A stretch of 64,000 nt of DNA, from contig CM074520.1 of the NCBI GenBank assembly GCA_037379345.1, positions 19,137,488-19,201,487 of the forward strand, read 5' to 3'. The DNA comes from Perna viridis (taxonomy: Eukaryota). Position numbers and translations under genes: made by a program. Below, piece by piece: positions 11,027 to 24,752 of this stretch (positions within the stretch are counted from its first letter, which is position 1; every line of letters begins with the position of its first letter). The notes under the pieces are model-generated. The model searched no databases. It was not told where the DNA came from and worked only from the letters and a program-made list of their open reading frames with translations.

Positions 11027-13316
11027 AACCACGTAGTACAGCATTCGGGGTATGTAAAAACGAAACCACATAGTACAGTACTCAAGGTATGTCAAAAAAG
11101 GAACCATATAGCACAGTATTGGGGGTATGTCAAAAAGGAACCATATAGTACAGTATTCGGGGTATGTCAAACAGAAACCACATAGGACAGTATTCTGGGT
11201 ATAACAAAAAGGAACCACATAGTACAGTATTCGGGTATGTCAAAAGGAACCATATAGCACAGTATTAGGGATATGTCAAAAAGGAACCATATAGCACACT
11301 ATTGGGGGTATCTCAGTAAAGGACCTCATGCTACCGTATTCATGGTAGGCCAAAAAGTAACCACATAGTACAGTATTCGGGTATGTCAAAAGGTACCACA
11401 TAGCACAGTATTCGGGGTATGTCAAAAAGGAACCATATAGTACAGTATTCGGGGTATGTCAAAAAGGTATTACATAGTACACTATTCGGTATGTCAAAAG
11501 GAACCATATAGCACAGTATTAGGGATATGTCAAAAAGGAACCATATAGCACAGTATTCGGGGTATGTCAAAAAGGAACCATATAGTACAGTATTGGATGT
11601 ATGTCAAAAAGGAACCATATAATACGGTATTCGGGGTATGTCAAAAAGAAACTATATAGTACACTATTTGGGGTATGTCAAAAAGGTACAACATAGACTA
11701 TGTCATAGTACAATATTTAGGGTATGTAAAAAGGAATCACATAGAACAGTATTGGGGGTATGTAAACAGGGAACCATATAGCACAGTATTAGGGAGATGT
11801 CAAAAAGGAACCATATAGCACACTATTCGGGGTATGTCAAAAAGTTACCATATAGTACAGTATTGGGGGTTATTAAAAGGGAACCATATAATACGGTATT
11901 CGGGGTATGTCAAAAAGAAACCATACAGTACACTATTTGGGGTCTGTCAAAAAAGGTACCACATAGCACAGTATTCTGGGTATGTCAAAAAGGAACCATA
12001 TAGTACAGTATTCGGGGTATGTCAAAAAGGTACCATAAAGCACAGTATTCGGGGTATCTCTGTAAAGGACCTCATGCTACCGTATTCATGGTATGCCAAA
12101 AAGTAACCACATAGTACAGAATTCGAGTATGTCAAAAGGAACCATATAGCACAGTATTGGGGGTATGTCAAAAAGGAACCATATAGTACAGTATTCGGGG
12201 AAAGTCAAACAGGAACCACATAGGACAGTATTCTGGGTATAACAAAAAGGAACCACATAGTACAGTATTGGGAGTATGTCAAAAATGTACCATATAGTAC
12301 AGTATTGGGGTATATCAAAAAGGTACCACATAGTACAGTATTCGGGGTATGTCAAAAGGAACCATATAGCACAGTATAAGGGATATGTCAAAAAGGAACC
12401 ATATAGTACAGTATTGGGGGTATGTAAAAAAAGGACCATAGAGTACAGTATTGGGGGTATGTCAAAAAGGAACCATATAATACGGTATTCGGGGTATGTC
12501 AAAAAGAAACTATATAGTACACTATTTGGGGTATGTCAAAAAGGTACCACATAGCACAGCATTCGGGGTATGTCAAAAAGGAACCATATAGTACAGTATT
12601 CGGGGTATGTCAAAAAGGTATTACATAGTACAGTATTCGGGTATGTCAAAAGGAACCATATAGCACAGTATTAGGGATATGTCAAAAAGGAACCATATAG
12701 CACACTATTCGGGATATGGCAAAAAGGAACAACATAGACTATGTCATAGTACAATATTTAGGGTATGTAAAAAGGAATTACATAGAACAGTATTGGGGGT
12801 ATGTAAACAAGGAACCATATAGCACAGTATTACGGATATGTCAAAAAGGAACCATATAGCACACTATTCGGGGTATCTCAGTAAAAGACCTCATGCTACC
12901 GTATTCATGGTATGCCAAAAAGTAACCACATAGTACAGTATTCGGGTATGTCAAAAGGAACCATATAGCACAGTATTCGGGGTATGTAAAAAGGAACCAT
13001 ATAGCACTGTATTCAGGGTTTGTCAAAAAGGAACCATATAGCACAGCATTCGGGGTATGTTTAAAAGGTACCACATATTACAGGATTCGGGGTATGTAAA
13101 AAAGGAACCATATAGAACAGTATTCGAGATATGTCAAACAGGAATCTCATAGTACAGTATTTGGAATATGTAAAAATGTAACCACATAGTACAGTATTGG
13201 GAATATGCAAAAAAGGAACCATATAGCACAGTATTCTGGGTATGTCTATATGTATAAAGGACCTCATACTACCGTATTCAGTGTATGTCAGGAACAAAAT
13301 ACATAAAACAGTATTC
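11027..13316. repeat. Tandem array of a ~37-bp monomer (GGGGTATGTCAAAAAGGAACCATATAGTACAGTATTC), about 60 copies
   Basis: Head-to-tail monomers without unique spacers; recurring variant monomers; decay at both ends. Confidence 0.97.
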
Positions 13317-13971
13317 AAATTATTTCAGGAAAGACTACATGTAGATGGATTTGTTTAGTATTCCTCATGCGTATGTATAGGATTACATTGCGTTAGTGTA
13401 AATACATTCAGATTTGAATTAAAGACATTTCGTTTAAGAACAAATGATAATTATAGAGGTCATTCAAACGAAAAGCTTGGGCGGGAATTTAATCTAAGTA
13501 TTACCTACCAAAACAGAACCTTGTTTATATATCTGTCGACTCGACAATGTCATGATAAATCGTGTTTATTTCGTTTATTTACATTGTCAATGTTACTTTA
13601 ATTACATTTTTTTGGACTTTCATTTACATCCGAGAAACTTCTTCGTTAGCCAAATAAACACCCAATATTTTGCTAAGTATACGTCGGTAACTTAATTAGC
13701 ATAATATTTATTGATCGAAATAGACGATGATGTCAAATCGGCCAAGACAAGTTTAAATGAAGTTATCTTTCTAATTTGCAAACCATCATATAATGGTCTT
13801 AGAACACGTCACAATACAAGACGAATTGATCTATCCTTTCATATTTATTACAAATAGATTTTGTATTATAACTAAAATCGTATGTAACAGAATTCAAATG
13901 TGGGACATGTACAAATGTATGAACTAATTTGGTTACCAATTAGTTCGATTAGAACAGTTTGGAGTAATAAA

Positions 13972-14101
13972 NNNNNNNNNNNNNNNNNNNNNNNNNNNNN
14001 NNNNNNNNNNNNNNNNNNNNNNNNNNNNNNNNNNNNNNNNNNNNNNNNNNNNNNNNNNNNNNNNNNNNNNNNNNNNNNNNNNNNNNNNNNNNNNNNNNNN
14101 N
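13972..14101. other. Assembly gap (130 N)
   Basis: Run of N. Confidence 1.
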
Positions 14102-14566
14102 CCCCTGAATTGTAAGACATATTAATATTTCAAATATAAAAGATAAAAGGCTTTCAACATAAGCAAAGTAATTCCGCATGATTATCAAACGAATTTCATA
14201 TCATTTTCATTTGAGCTAAGGATATAAATTCTTTGAAAGAATGCTCATGAACTCCTGTTGAATCGAGTCTTCACGTGAAATTATCACAGGAAGTTCATGT
14301 GAAATGAATATTACATGAAAAGTACGTTTGTTTCATGATAATTTTATGTTCAATCTCGATTCACATGAATTTCACGTGAATATGCTACAATATCTGTCTG
14401 TGTATTAGTAAAATTTACACTAAAAGAGTTTGGGTCATTTATATTTTTATCTAGTTTTACATTGCTAGTTGTTATATATTGTTAGTGTACTTTCCTTTTG
14501 TTCTACATCGTCTTTTTATACTGGTTTTCTTTGGTGAACATATTAAGTGTCAGTATCTGTAAGAAT

Positions 14567-14982
14567 CAGGCACTGAGTGAAACATTGTATGAGAAAAACC
14601 ACTATTTTGAAGTTTACTTTGAAAAGAGACAAGATTTTCCATATCATTCTGGCCCATTGAGTTACAACTCCATTGAAATGAATTGAAAATGAACATTTAA
14701 AGGGCGGATAACTCTGTCAAAAACTTCATTTTTCTAACATTCTACTGAAAAATTTCTGAACAAAGCCAGTGATGCAGAGATTAAATTATGGTCTTTTCAA
14801 CTAGAGAAAATAGTCTAGAGTGATATTTTATTGTCTGATCGGTGGGGTTTTGACATGCATGTTTCTGATTTTTTCAATTTTGCCTGATTCTTACAAACAC
14901 TTACACTTAATTCATTGTTAAATCAAATAAGTATTGACAAAACTCATATCATGGAATAGAAAATGTTAATAGATCACTACCT
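14567..14982. mobile_element. MITE related to 26965-27385
   Basis: Ends CAGGCACTGA...TCACTACCT. Shared internal blocks ACTATTTT, GATAACTCT, ATCGGTGGG(G)TTTTGA(A)CATGCAT and TTTTG(C/T)CTGATT occur in the same order as in the other copy. Confidence 0.55.
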
Positions 14983-15498
14983 TAAACATTATTTTTGTAT
15001 CATAATTTAAAGGGCCTGCTGTAGTTTTGTCCTAGTTGTGAAATAATAAACTGCGATTCGAACCAGATTTTATGGGTTATAGTGATTACACGAAAACATA
15101 AACGTGATTGATCAAAATCAACAGGTTAGAACGTTTATGTATATGATTAACGAAAATATTAAAAAAAAGAAGCAAAATACAATTATGTGGTTACAACAAA
15201 GAAGGGATCAAAGGTTCTGAATGAGGCTTAAACTCGTGGCATTTAATTCAAGTGTTAATAATATCCATATTAATATTCAAACCTTGAACTCACCAATACA
15301 CAGATGTTCAAAATTACATTTGAACTGGTATCAATTAACAAGCATCAAACTCACTTTTATTAACTTTGTTCATCACAAGATTGTAAGTACATGCATGTAT
15401 TGCCTTGACTTGTCTTCAATGAATCACATGTACACGACACTCTATAAGATAAAATCATTATTTTTGTGTTCATGATAATTCATTAATTCAAAATATTA

Positions 15499-15530
15499 CA
15501 TCTGTAGGACATCTGTAGAACATCTGTAGA
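15499..15530. repeat. 11-bp tandem repeat x3 (ACATCTGTAGR)
   Basis: acatctgtagg acatctgtaga acatctgtaga. Confidence 0.85.
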
Positions 15531-18500
15531 GGCAATCGATACCATACAAAATCCCAATTTCGACGCAATTTTATTTCTTGTTTACCGCACATGATTGAAT
15601 TAAAAATGTACTCCAAGCCTGCACATGTTACACGATGAAGACGTATACATCATAAATTGTTTAAGAAGGAAAAAAGAGAGTATACCACAATCACTGATTA
15701 CTTTGACATCTGACACCATCAAAAGTTACAGTATATTTGTATATATATGGCTGCTTGTCTGTGCAATTAACCCGAAGCTGACCTAAGATCTTGAGAAGCC
15801 TTTTCATTATTAATGCTCATCAGCAAAATAGTTTCGATTCCCGCTTTCAATTAAATAACGACACAGATTTAACGTGTTGTGGATACTTTATGGAACTCTT
15901 ATTATCTTGTTGGTGCTAAATTTCCTTCATATTTAGAGACATTTTTGGTTAGGAGAAAGTTGTGTATGCAATTTCCTTTCGAAACTTTCTACGTATTTGT
16001 TTCAAATGCAGCTGATGAGAGGTTACAACTACAAACACGTATACTGTATACCGAAATTAGCAATATCTATATAATTCGTATTTTAAAATTCAACACAATT
16101 CTTTTTTTAAAACCAACCATATATGTATTGTTATTATTTCTATGAACTTGTATATGTTTAAGTTATAAAAGGTAACATTGATTACAACAAAACACACTGT
16201 TATGTTTCTAAACTTTATTCAGAATAAATGAAATTACAATGATATATATTTGTTTATCATACAAAAATAAAATAAAACCAATCAAAAATGCAAACACTTT
16301 GAAGTTAATAACCATCAGTTTTATATCATCAATATACTTCCATCTGAAGTGCAATTGTTAATATCTTTACCACCGCAATGTTTTAATTTGTTCTCTTTAA
16401 CATGAACAATATTTATTATTTATTTTCTTCGATAATTTGTTTAATTGAATGATATGGAGTGCTTTGATATTAATCATAATCATCACCCCATGTGTTCAGG
16501 GGCTCAAAAGTTGTATATTGACATGTTTAATCTTTCCATTTATTCAATACGACTGTGTATTTGTCGGAAAACAATATTCAATGACTTCAGTTCATTTACA
16601 CAATGTAAATATAAATATACAATTAACATAGTTTTAAATTCTAAGGCGTAATACGAGTTTACATTTCAGTCGTCCCTAGCTGTTTTAGTCATAGAGGCAA
16701 GGCTTTTTTAACGAAGACAAAATAAATGATAACATTTCTTGCTGCTAAAAGTTGGTTGGGTAGGTAGGGAATTTATCTTATTTTTCACATGCATATTACA
16801 TTGAGTTAATTGGGAAACAAACTAAACTATAAGGGTGCTTGAGTCAAAATGGTCATAAAATATTTGTAGGGACGTACACAGGCACAGTACATAATTTCAA
16901 CATCACTAGGGAGACCATTCTGTTTAAGAACTTTTCAACACTATCTCGTTAGCCATTGTTCATTTGTCCGCTTTATTAACTCGAGTAAGCCATCATCTTC
17001 AAGGTCGGCCATTGCATTCTAAATACTTTTTAGCTTATGGACGGAATTTTCAGCTATCATTTTCTATAATAAACAGAACGTGTATAATAAAAAGGGAAAT
17101 CCTAAATTGAAAATTGTCATCAACATCGTTAGGCAACTTCCTAACAAAGCGCAACGAAGGGAAATATTCTTAAATTGTTGCTTTCAGGACGGAAATTAAA
17201 TTCTTGAAGATGTTTATTTAATGTGAAAGTTAATCCGCTTGGAACATTTTTAAAAGAAAAGTTACATTAAAGGCTTATTAGGGCTTAGGAGGTTAATAAA
17301 CAAATAAAAATCATCCGTCAAATGTTTACAGAAAACAGAAAAAATGAAGAGACAGTACAAACATCCTAAATTACACTCTATAGTGCTGACAACATATCTT
17401 CAACACCTGGCGGAACTTCTTTGGAATTTTGTATTATGCTTTTAGATGCATTCAAATAAATAGCATTAAGTATGTTCTTAATGAAATATACTAATCGTAA
17501 TGATGAATACAAATATGGATATAGGAAGAAATCTTCCACGTCTCACCTCAATATCAAATGGTATTCTCCTTATCATTCATCCTAAGTATTACATAACCTT
17601 AAAAAATCGAAAAGTATGAACAAACAGCAGAACAGATGTTTGATTGTATGCTTTTTGATTATTTTTCTGATTTCTGATTGTTTAAAATACGATCGTTGAC
17701 AAAGTGGCTATGCTGCATATATCAATAAAGCACTTGCAGTTAACCTTAAATAGTTAATGTTCTATTAACGAAACGCAAATGGTATTGTAATATGAATAAT
17801 TCGGTCAATTATTTATACTACTATAATCCTGCGTAATTAAAAATGTTAGATTATTATGCTTTGTTAACCGTTTATAGTGCTAACGAAATTTATAATTAAA
17901 TTATATTTATCACATCTGCTTTTCAAAATATATGTGCAACCTAATCTAGTCAGAAATAGCATGTATAGTAATATTCACAAAGCACATAAGTCATGGTCTA
18001 AAGAGAGTTTGATTTTTCATAGCAGAAAAAATCAACTTGTCATGGAAATTATTTTCAGGCGGAAAATGATGATTGATGGGATCGACCTGAGTATCAACCA
18101 CGCTGTGACTCCCAATGTTGTATTTTGTTCCTTCCATTAACCCGTTCCTGACTTCTTATCAAAACTTTCAATCATTTGTTTCTGGCATGAAACAACATAC
18201 TTATTAATCATATCATTTATTATAGCAAAAATAAAAACAATTTTCTCGATATGTCGTACAAAACACTAATCTTTACTGTGTTACCGAGTAAGTATCCTTA
18301 TGCTTCAATAAAACCGTTTCCTTTTAATCATGAAAACCATAAGTTATGACATGATAAAATTGAGATATAGCCAATAATAATAAGGAAGAAAGAGAAATCA
18401 CATTCAAGCAACAAAAAAGCTGAAGCAGACGTTCTAAATCCGAAATTATCGACAATGTGAAGTTTCTGTATTTCTTGAAACATTACTTAGTTTCTTCTGT

Positions 18501-21500
18501 GCCTTTAGTGTTTATTTTATAGGAGAAAAAAAATAAATAAAGGGGTAATCGTACGTTCAGTTAAAGATACAAATGTTCTGAAATACGTTATCATTTCCTT
18601 GTTTTGTTTAAAGAAAATATTTGGTTCAGCTGTAAACATGTATTGCCTATATTTATATTGCTTAAACTTCATAATACAACAAATCACCAAATATTAAGAT
18701 AACAATCGTTCTATGGGTTCCGGGAATGTCAAAAACCCAACAAATTCATTTTTTTCTTTCTTTTTTGGAAACAGTTGTAGACCGGATGACCAGTCTTAGT
18801 TTTTCATTCATTCAGTTGTTAGACTTTTGATAAAAAATATGACATAAATTTTATGTGAAATTGGAACTTTGCAAATGTTATCATTCTTGATTTTGTTTGA
18901 TTTGTTTGATTGGGAAATTAATACATGGTTTTCTAAAACAGATCTGAATACAGAAATTACCATCGGTACATGGAAATGTAGCATATGTGGACTGAAAAAG
19001 TACCGTATGTTCAAAGGGGTTTTATTTCTACCTTAGGCAGCGTCTGACGTTTATAATCTTTATAATCGCTGGTACGTATATAAATGAACCAATATTGTCA
19101 CTATTAAACAAACCTTAATCCAGTCGAATGTCTACAACCACATCATTTGACATTTTAAATTTACAGTTAACTGAATTTTTCCAAAATGGAAATCAAAGAT
19201 ATTCCACGTGTTATTTACCTAATATCTATAAAGATATAAAAGGTATGAATAAGACCATAACTTAGAAATGCTTATCATAACTGTCAATGATATAAGAAAA
19301 TACCAAAACGAAAATTCGTTCTCAAAACAATATCTGTCATTCATGTTTACTGTGTTTTATTTTTATTTTAATTTAAAACGTAAAACCGAGTACTGATAAC
19401 ACGAGCGAGACTTCATTAAAAAATCGCATTAAGATAAGGAACATAAATGACACCAAGTTACAGGTTATGGCTTGGAATGCTTCAGAGATATTCTAGACTA
19501 TTTTCACCATTAAAAATGAAGCCGTAAAATATATCAGGATTATATAATAAAGCCCGATTAGACGGCTCAAGCGAGCTATAAACAAAAGTATACAATTATA
19601 AAGTATTTGACGTTTCTCTTATCTTGTTTATATAATGACGCAATGGACTTTAATAATAGTAATTTTTCTTCACATCTTGGTACGGCCACTGTTTGGTTTC
19701 GTATATGTTTTATCATAAAGATGTATCTTCGAGAAACAGGGCTGATGGAGTTGTTTTATTACGTTAATAGCAAACACATCGTCAACTGAAAAGGACAACG
19801 AAAATCTGGCAATAATTACTGAATAAAAGAAAAGCATCTTCCCTTCAGAACAATCCAATAAACGTTCCAAAATCGTCATGATGAAACTCGGGTCATGGTA
19901 AGTATTTGTTTTAAATGTTTTAAACGTCTATTTGTTTCATAAATTGTTTTCGCACTGAACATTTGAGATGGAGAAATACTAAAAGAGGCAGTATACACAC
20001 AAATCACAATTCTATGATATGAGTAGCACGATGGATGTTATTATTATTTATTTTGCACTGATTTTTCTTTGTTCCCATGTAATGTTTATACCTACAATGT
20101 AAGTATGTATGTCAAAGGATTTTTTTGTTATATTGAAAATAGATAGCTCATAATATAGCGAACACATTTTGCACAAAATAAAGAGTTATATCCCTTTTTG
20201 CAATGAATTATAATTCTGCCTATTTAATTTAGTTCCCTTTAATCAAACAATAATATTTATACTTTTATAGAGAAGAATTTTCAATATGAAATGGATGACA
20301 AAACGATTTTAAACTAAATTTGGCATAAGCACCCACTGCCTTGTAATTGTATGGACACCATTTTGAAGTTATACAACTTGTTTAGGCACGTTTATATCGG
20401 TTTTATGAGTTGTTGTTACATATAAAATTTCTATTGGTGTTTCATTTACCACTAAAAATAAAATGAAAGGAAATTCGTCATATATTTTATATTTTACCAT
20501 GCATCTTATAGTTGAAGATTGTATATCCGTTTTATTAAATTTTACTCTACTTTTCGTTTTCTTTTAAGCAGTGCTTTTTACTGACCAAATTGTTTAGTAT
20601 TTTGTTTTGTAATAAAAAGCAATATTTCGTGGCAAATAAGCATTTCTCTTCGTCAACTTTGTCTTGACCTCAGGTTAACCCATGTGTGGCTGCTCCATAG
20701 GGATTTATTACTGGACCTATATCACAACTGTTATCTATCTTAATAGCAAACACATTTTCAATTCGATATAAATCCTTTATATCGTATACATTAGTGTTGT
20801 CAGGACTTTCTGTAATATGCTATCTGACAGTAAACAATACCACTGTAATCAAGTCCAATTAACAAATGCTCTAAAGACTTAGCCTGGCACCTATCAGATA
20901 GTTCTAGTGTTTATGACCTGTTAAGCCAAGATAGATTATTTTTCGACCAAGACAGATCAGCAGTAATCAATTTTGAGACGACGTACAAAGCATAATTTTG
21001 CGGTATAAACATAGCATAATACATGAAAGTGAATATGTCCATCTACTTTTGATTTTGGTCAAAATGATCAGGTACAGCAGTAAAACATGCACTGATTACA
21101 CGTCACAACTATCGCCTTGTATATAATGAGTTAATAACAATACAAATGCTAATTCATAAATAAATCCCAAGTGAATGTGGTCTAGACTATTTTTTTTTCT
21201 TTTTTGTTACGAAAATTCTCTAAACCCCTACTATAACTCAAACTAATGCATTTTTTTAGGATGAGTGATTATTTTGAAAGAAAATAGCACATGAACTTTT
21301 TTTGTTGAAGAATGTTATGTCTTCTGTAGTAGTTAAAAAAACCTGATCTGAGGTTTTGACACAGACATTCAAACACGTTATAATGCCATGCATAATGATA
21401 TCTGATTTCTTCCGATTTAATTACGAACGTTTACAATGTACCATTAGAGTTTTCTATTATATCAAGCTACTTCATGTTTTTCGTATAAAATATCAAAATG

Positions 21501-21644
21501 CTTCTGCCAGTATGGTTTAGTCAACAAAACGGATATTATTTTAAAAGAAATTAAATTCTCTCTAAGTTGACATCTACCGAAGGCTTCTTTGTCTATATTA
21601 ATAAGTAAAACATCATAACGTCCCAGTCGGTATCGTGGTATTTA

Positions 21645-21790
21645 AAAATAGAGGCTCTAAAGAGCCCAAATCGCTCATCTGACCAGAATAAATACCGCCA
21701 TGTTTTTTCTTCGAAACGAAAACCTACATTCATTTTTTGCAAGAGACCCTGAGGAACAATCAATTCAATGTCATTGAATTCTATCAAAGG
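21645..21790. mobile_element. Helentron/HINE-like terminal fragment
   Basis: AAAAATAGAGGCTCTAAAGAGCCCAAATCGCTCATCTG: short hairpin GGCTCT-AA-AGAGCC followed by TCGCTCAYCTG, resembling bivalve non-autonomous Helentron ends. Confidence 0.5.
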
Positions 21791-23342
21791 AGAAAATTTT
21801 TTAAAATGTCATACATTTGTAACATACAAAAATAAACTTAAAAAAAGGCATTAACTTTTCAAACTAATGCATATTTTGCGAAGATAGCATATCTTACAAA
21901 GCCAGTTCTAATTGTTATGTGTGTAAACCGTAAGCACATTCATGGGTTCATATAGTTATTTGCTAGAAGAATTATGGTTGAGGATGAAACCATTAAAATA
22001 TTACGACCAATATGAAAGCCATGCATCTTTCCCAGTTTCCGAATAGTCCGATTAGCAAATGTTAATAACGTTTTTTCTAAAATTTATTTGCGTTTACAAT
22101 ATACCATTAAATATTATATCATATCGAGCTACTTCCTTTTCTTCGAATATAGTTTTAATGCAAGGATGGTCTTGGCAACAAATCGGAAATTATTTTTTCA
22201 TAGAATAATCTGATTCTTAGTAAGTTAACATCTGCTATATATTTTGATGTCAAACATACTTCAAGCAATATCGGAGGTATACACAAGGGGAAACCTCGAC
22301 AATGATGAGGAAACCAAAGGAGAATACACAAAACATGTTGCGAATTCAATAAAAGTAAAAGGTATACACGACAAAAAACAGCAGGAACAGTTCTTCATCG
22401 ATGACAATGTGAAAAATCCCAATCCTCCCATAGGATCCCTATTCCGCTTTTCGTTATCAAGTATTTATATAATCAAATTAAGCCTTTTTGTTAAATCTTT
22501 TTAAACTTTTCCCTCTCTGGGTGACAATGTGCCACAATCTCTCATCTAATCTGTTACTGCAAAGCCTGTGATTAGAACACAGACTTTTTCTATAGAGCAT
22601 GGATAAATAAACTTCATAGTTAGATCAGCCTTTGTAAATTTCATCAGTAGAGAATATTTACGGTCTTCGTAACCATATGATTGAACGATACGACCGATAA
22701 AACAAAATATTCAGTAAGATTCTACGTTTTACACAATAAACAACCTGCTGAACTGACACTTCTTAATATTTCGAAAAAACGGGCACACTGGACCCTTAAT
22801 TGTTTTACTGATATTGTTTAAACAAGAATTAAAGGTACTATTCCTTTACTGAATATAATGAAATAAATCCCGAGTAACATTTTCTGAAAATGAAATAATT
22901 TCATTACATATCATTTAGGTCACGTGGCCATTCCCCATTACCATTCGTTAATGTATAACTTGAAGTATAATACCGAACGGACTTCATGTCTGTTACTTAC
23001 CTCATTTAGACGCGCTTAATATAAAACGACGTGAAGCTGCACCTTACAGTTTATACTTCATTATCGAGTCAATTACTTTACTGATATTTTCATTGGTAGC
23101 TGTATTTGTATAGGCCATGATAAAATCTGTGGTAGGTGTATAATAAATGGAAAAAATATAGATTAGTAGATTATTCATAAAATATGCTAGTCATAGTTCG
23201 ACTTATGGATTTCGCCAATGTATTTTTACCTCGGTAGGTGGCGCTTCGGTACTTTCAGTTATTTGCTTCGGAACGCCTCGGTACTCTTTAGAAAGCTGTG
23301 GCCAGTGGAGATGCGGTAGACACAATTATTCCAGTAAATAAA

Positions 23343-23544
23343 ATGCCCCAGTATTGCTGTGTGCCCGCCTGCACTAATTCTGGTGGCCACAGATTCCCCT
23401 TTAAACGACCTGACATGGTTTTGAAGTGGAGGATAGCAATTAAACGGACAGATCCCAAGACAAAGGGCCTTTGGAACCCGTCTCAGTTTGACGTTGTTTG
23501 TAAACAACATTTCGACTCGTCGGATTACTTACCTTCGTTATTAG
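23343..23544 (+). CDS. THAP zinc-finger domain exon (first exon of a transposon gene)
   Basis: MPQYCCVPACTN..HRFP...LKWRIAIKR......WNP....VCKQHF...DY is a complete C2CH THAP signature, followed by donor G|GTTAGA at 23544/23545. No downstream exon found. Confidence 0.85.
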
Positions 23545-24460
23545 GTTAGATATGTTACCGATACACTAGTTTGTATTTGAAACTGTATATTGAAGGTATT
23601 TTCTTGAGAAACATGTTATCTGAACTGTCCGTATGGTTATCAAACTTGGGGAAAACAACATTAGATAATAGAGGGGTTATGAAGTCATGAACATTGTGTA
23701 CCAGGAAGTTGAAATATTTTGGTAATGTGAACAAATTCCATAAATATCACAGTGTTTTATTATCCCAACTCCTTGTAGTATACAAAATGTAGTGTGAATC
23801 ATTGCATTTTAGGGACTGCTAAATTATATAAAGAATGGGTAGAGTCATGAGTGCCAAATATACTACACACACATGTACTCACTACTATAAGCCTTTTAAA
23901 GTGCACATGGGTGCGGGAAGGAGAGGCAGTGATCCCTATGTCATGAGAAATATTAGGCCTTAAAATGTTCCATATATATTTACCTAAATTGATATCCAGT
24001 TCAGTGTCTTGACTTCATTAATTTTTTAAATATGTATTTTTATATGGTACTATTTTGTTCAAATAGGACATTTTTTAGGTATGGGACTGGGATTGCGCAA
24101 TAATTAGTTTTCTTACACCTAAAGCCCTGTACCTTCTAATTGTATTTGGTTTATTAAATTTCATAGAGATTCTTTATTGTCCATAGAAATGGGCACACGG
24201 TGGGGGGGATGGGGGGGGGGGGGGCATTATACATAACCAGACATTGCAATAAAAGGAACAATATTTCACAATACATAAATATATATATCAAGTTTGACCA
24301 ACATGAACAAAAATATATAGTGCAATGACTTCACATCCCTTCTTTTCTAATGATCCAAACAATATTTACTGTTAAACTACCATTTAATTAATATACACGT
24401 ACATGATGACATGTATATTATGTTTGTTCTGATTTTAAATGTTTTCTTCAAATGTTATTT

Positions 24461-24752
24461 AGGGAATGACCATTTAACCTAATTGGACAGGTTCTTGTAT
24501 TTTAGACAAATTTTTGTATCTTAAACGTTTAAAAATATTTCTACTTTATTTTTGGATAAAAACAAAATGGAAGAGACTTTCTCTCATACTTGTCGGATTA
24601 CTACATGTTACATGACTTGAAAAAAATGTTATGTATACTTATAATATATAAAGAATGATGTTTTGTTGCAGTAAATCTCAAAGCTAAAAAATCTCGCCCT
24701 AATTCTGTAAGTAAAAAGAAAAAAAGCCCTCCTCAAGTTAAATGGTCAACCC
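24461..24752. mobile_element. MITE nested in the ISL2EU-like element
   Basis: Inverted ends GGGAATGACCATTTAACCT and AAGTTAAATGGTCAACCC. Confidence 0.65.

Noticed and set aside
11027-13316. CRISPR array (37-bp repeat next to an RT)
   Set aside because: Monomers are contiguous with no unique spacers, there are no cas genes, and the context is eukaryotic.
10864-13318. Many overlapping ORFs with YPEYC/HIVQY repeats
   Set aside because: They are by-products of a 37-bp unit (not a multiple of 3) read in shifting frames on both strands.
15790-15826. Minus-strand CTGATGAG...GAAA hammerhead candidate
   Set aside because: Stem II cannot form properly and there is no PLE context.
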